Of a stretch of 27,969 nt of DNA, positions 26,068-27,969 are shown piece after piece; the stretch's first letter is position 1, and each line of letters starts with the position of its first letter. The stretch lies in the IMG/VR virus record IMGVR_UViG_3300014152_000321, positions 1 through 27,969 of that record. One strand, written 5' to 3'. The notes beneath the pieces were generated by a model. It was not told where the DNA came from and did not search any database. It saw only the letters and a list, made by a program, of their open reading frames with translations. Both the position numbers and the translations under genes were made by a program. The stretch comes from a virus (lineage: Duplodnaviria > Caudoviricetes).

Positions 26068-26090
26068 CGTGTTGTCAATCCCAAAATAGA

Positions 26091-26327
26091 TTACTTCTTG
26101 GCTTTAACCGCTGCCCATCTCTTACGCTGTGCAGCGGCAATCTTTGCCCGTGCAGCCTTTGACATCTTTCTCCGCTTTGGTTTTGGTGTCTCAAACTCAG
26201 CCGGGTTAAAGCTGGTCGCTGCTCCATATCTCACTGGCTCTGGCTTCAATTCTGCGAGTGCAGCAATTGCAGTGTTGAGCCGGTCTCGTTCGAGTTTCAG
26301 TTCCTTTATTATTGGCTTTATATTCAT
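26091..26327 (-). CDS. Small basic DNA-binding (nucleoid-associated-like) protein
   Basis: N-terminal coiled coil IIKELKLERDRLNTAIAAL and C-terminal RRKMSKAARAKIAAAQRKRWA. Confidence 0.75.
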   Translation of the reverse strand: MNIKPIIKELKLERDRLNTAIAALAELKPEPVRYGAATSFNPAEFETPKPKRRKMSKAARAKIAAAQRKRWAAVKAKK

Positions 26328-26365
26328 TCTTAAGTATTCCCCCAAGGTTGGACATTATACCAAAC

Positions 26366-26396
26366 AAAAAGCCCCGGCTTGTCACCGGGGCTTTTG
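26366..26396. terminator. Bidirectional Rho-independent terminator
   Basis: AAAAAGCCCCGG-N7-CCGGGGCTTTTG. Confidence 0.85.
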
Positions 26397-26414
26397 CTTG
26401 CTCGAAATATACGT

Positions 26415-26597
26415 TTAGCGAACCGACTGCCAATTCTGATACTTGAACAACAGTGAGGTTATCTTACGATGCCTCTGCTTCCGGACGGCATCAACCCTAC
26501 CGTCAACGTCTTGGGCTAGGTGGAGATAGTCGGCTAACAGTTCTGGCATTTCCGCCAGCAGCTTGCGCAAAATTGCGTCCCTTGTATCTCGTGCCAT
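26415..26597 (-). CDS. Hypothetical protein
   Basis: MARDTRDAILRKLL...; start chosen after the upstream stop at 26608. Confidence 0.5.
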   Translation of the reverse strand: MARDTRDAILRKLLAEMPELLADYLHLAQDVDGRVDAVRKQRHRKITSLLFKYQNWQSVR

Positions 26598-26607
26598 ACT
26601 TGGTATT

Positions 26608-26778
26608 CTACGCTTTCCCCACATTTTTGGTGGTCAAAGAGCTTATGGCGTCCCGCTTGTTCTTGTAGGTTACACCCGTCAGTTTTTGGCTAACCTGCTT
26701 GCCGTTGCAACGGGTGACCAACACTTCAGCGATCTTTCTGCCTTGCATCACCACCCCGTAATATTGAATCGTTTCCAT
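26608..26778 (-). CDS. Small basic hypothetical protein (56 aa)
   Basis: Manual translation METIQYYGVVMQGRKIAEVLV...KNVGKA; G-rich RBS right after the integrase stop. Confidence 0.5.
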   Translation of the reverse strand: METIQYYGVVMQGRKIAEVLVTRCNGKQVSQKLTGVTYKNKRDAISSLTTKNVGKA

Positions 26779-26787
26779 ACCCCCCCG

Positions 26788-27969
26788 TTAGTCCCAACCC
26801 GCATCAACCCTACCGCTGTTTACCATGTCTTCAGAACGCATTGCAGCTAGGTAATGCTCAACGCTGTGCATGTCCCGATGTCCCATCTGGTCACGTAAAT
26901 CTGGCAGTGTGTAGCCGCTACGCAGTCGGTTGGTTGCGTAGGTGCTTCTGAAATTCTTAGGTTTGAATTTCGCCACATCCAACCCCGCCTTTTTCGCAAT
27001 CGCCTTGCACTCTTCCCACAACTTTTGGTTGATGCGTCCCGTGTTGGTCGGGAAGCAGATGTTAGACGTTCTTGGTAGCTGTTCTAACATGACCATCAAA
27101 TCTGCGGGAATTGCAATTTCCCTGAGTGACCATTTCTTTGGAATAAACTCTATGGTCTTGTCACCATCCTTCATTTGCTTTCTGCGGATGTGTACGGTGT
27201 GGCGGACAAAATCAATATCCGTCCATTCCAACGTAGCAAGTTCCCGTGAGCGTAAGCCGCATTTTAACGCCAGCGTCCACATCGTTAGGTCCATACCAGC
27301 ACAGCAGCAAGCTAGGAACTTGTCCCGCTCGTCTTTGTTATAGGTCGTGACCACTGGTTTGCGCCCCAAGATGTCACTGAAATCCGATTTCTTTACTGGT
27401 CCCTGACCCGCCCCAAGTTTCAGCACGGTCTTTACCATCTTGTTTACCCGCTGGCATTTCCAGACCGCTGTAAACTCGTCGTTCCCGATTTCACTTTCCA
27501 GCCAACGCTTGAAGGCGAAGATGTGAGCACGGTCAATCTGGTCAACGTAGGTTTTCTTTATGCGGGATTCAGCATTCCACTTTTGGAATTGCCTGAGATT
27601 CCGTGTGTATTGCGGAACCGTGGTTCCGTGTCCCGTCAGTTCAGACAGAAAACCGTCAATGGCGTCAGCGATTGTGAGCCTGACTTTTCCGCTGGTCGGG
27701 TCTTCCACGTGCAACCCGTGTGAGAGACTTTGCAAGTAGAGTTCTTTTTGCGTCTTCTGTCGCAGCGCATCCCGCATGGTTAGGATGTAATCGCTATACC
27801 GCTTCTGCGACCCTTCCCGCCAGACCAACAGGAATTTGCCTTCCCGCATATCCCGCATGTAGAGACCCTTTGCGCTAGGGCGTTGTTTGGGCACGGCTAC
27901 GGGCTTGCTCGTCCATTTGCCGTCTTCAGTTTTGATTCGTTCAATGATTGAGACTTTGAGATTTGCCAT
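26788..27969 (-). CDS. int: Tyrosine recombinase / phage integrase
   Basis: GLRSRELATLEWTDID, K-N-F-R-STYAT, QMGHRD and VEHYL; SAM-like core region. Confidence 0.92.
   Translation of the reverse strand: MANLKVSIIERIKTEDGKWTSKPVAVPKQRPSAKGLYMRDMREGKFLLVWREGSQKRYSDYILTMRDALRQKTQKELYLQSLSHGLHVEDPTSGKVRLTIADAIDGFLSELTGHGTTVPQYTRNLRQFQKWNAESRIKKTYVDQIDRAHIFAFKRWLESEIGNDEFTAVWKCQRVNKMVKTVLKLGAGQGPVKKSDFSDILGRKPVVTTYNKDERDKFLACCCAGMDLTMWTLALKCGLRSRELATLEWTDIDFVRHTVHIRRKQMKDGDKTIEFIPKKWSLREIAIPADLMVMLEQLPRTSNICFPTNTGRINQKLWEECKAIAKKAGLDVAKFKPKNFRSTYATNRLRSGYTLPDLRDQMGHRDMHSVEHYLAAMRSEDMVNSGRVDAGWD

Larger units (their letters stand above)
1..27969 (-). mobile_element. HK97-like siphovirus (pro)phage, incomplete at the left edge
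   Basis: Colinear integrase, replication, packaging, head, neck and tail modules. Confidence 0.95.

Noticed and set aside
27900-27969. Attachment site or tRNA target
   Set aside because: The window ends at the integrase start codon; no att core or tRNA is visible

Overview
The window holds most of an HK97-like, long non-contractile-tailed temperate (pro)phage, with essentially every credible gene on the minus strand. Read from the right end it runs: tyrosine integrase; a cluster of small early ORFs with a repeated ~45-bp upstream motif; HTH and DUF1376-like replication genes with iteron-like repeats; two sigma-70-like genes; HNH and a holin-like gene; a probable cos region; a ParB-like gene and a GREB1/TAGT-type glycosyltransferase; terminase, portal and protease; a GT31 (Fringe/galactosyltransferase-like) glycosyltransferase; capsid, neck, tail tube, -1 frameshifted tail chaperones and tape measure; a repeat-containing tail fibre with chaperone; and tail-tip genes, the last running off the left edge. 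The host is plausibly Acidobacteriota (inference from protein motifs only). The most unusual features are two unrelated glycosyltransferases inside the packaging and head modules, tandem sigma-like genes, no recognisable CI repressor, and acidic Cys-rich tails on two unrelated proteins. All family calls come from motif recognition by eye, not database searches.
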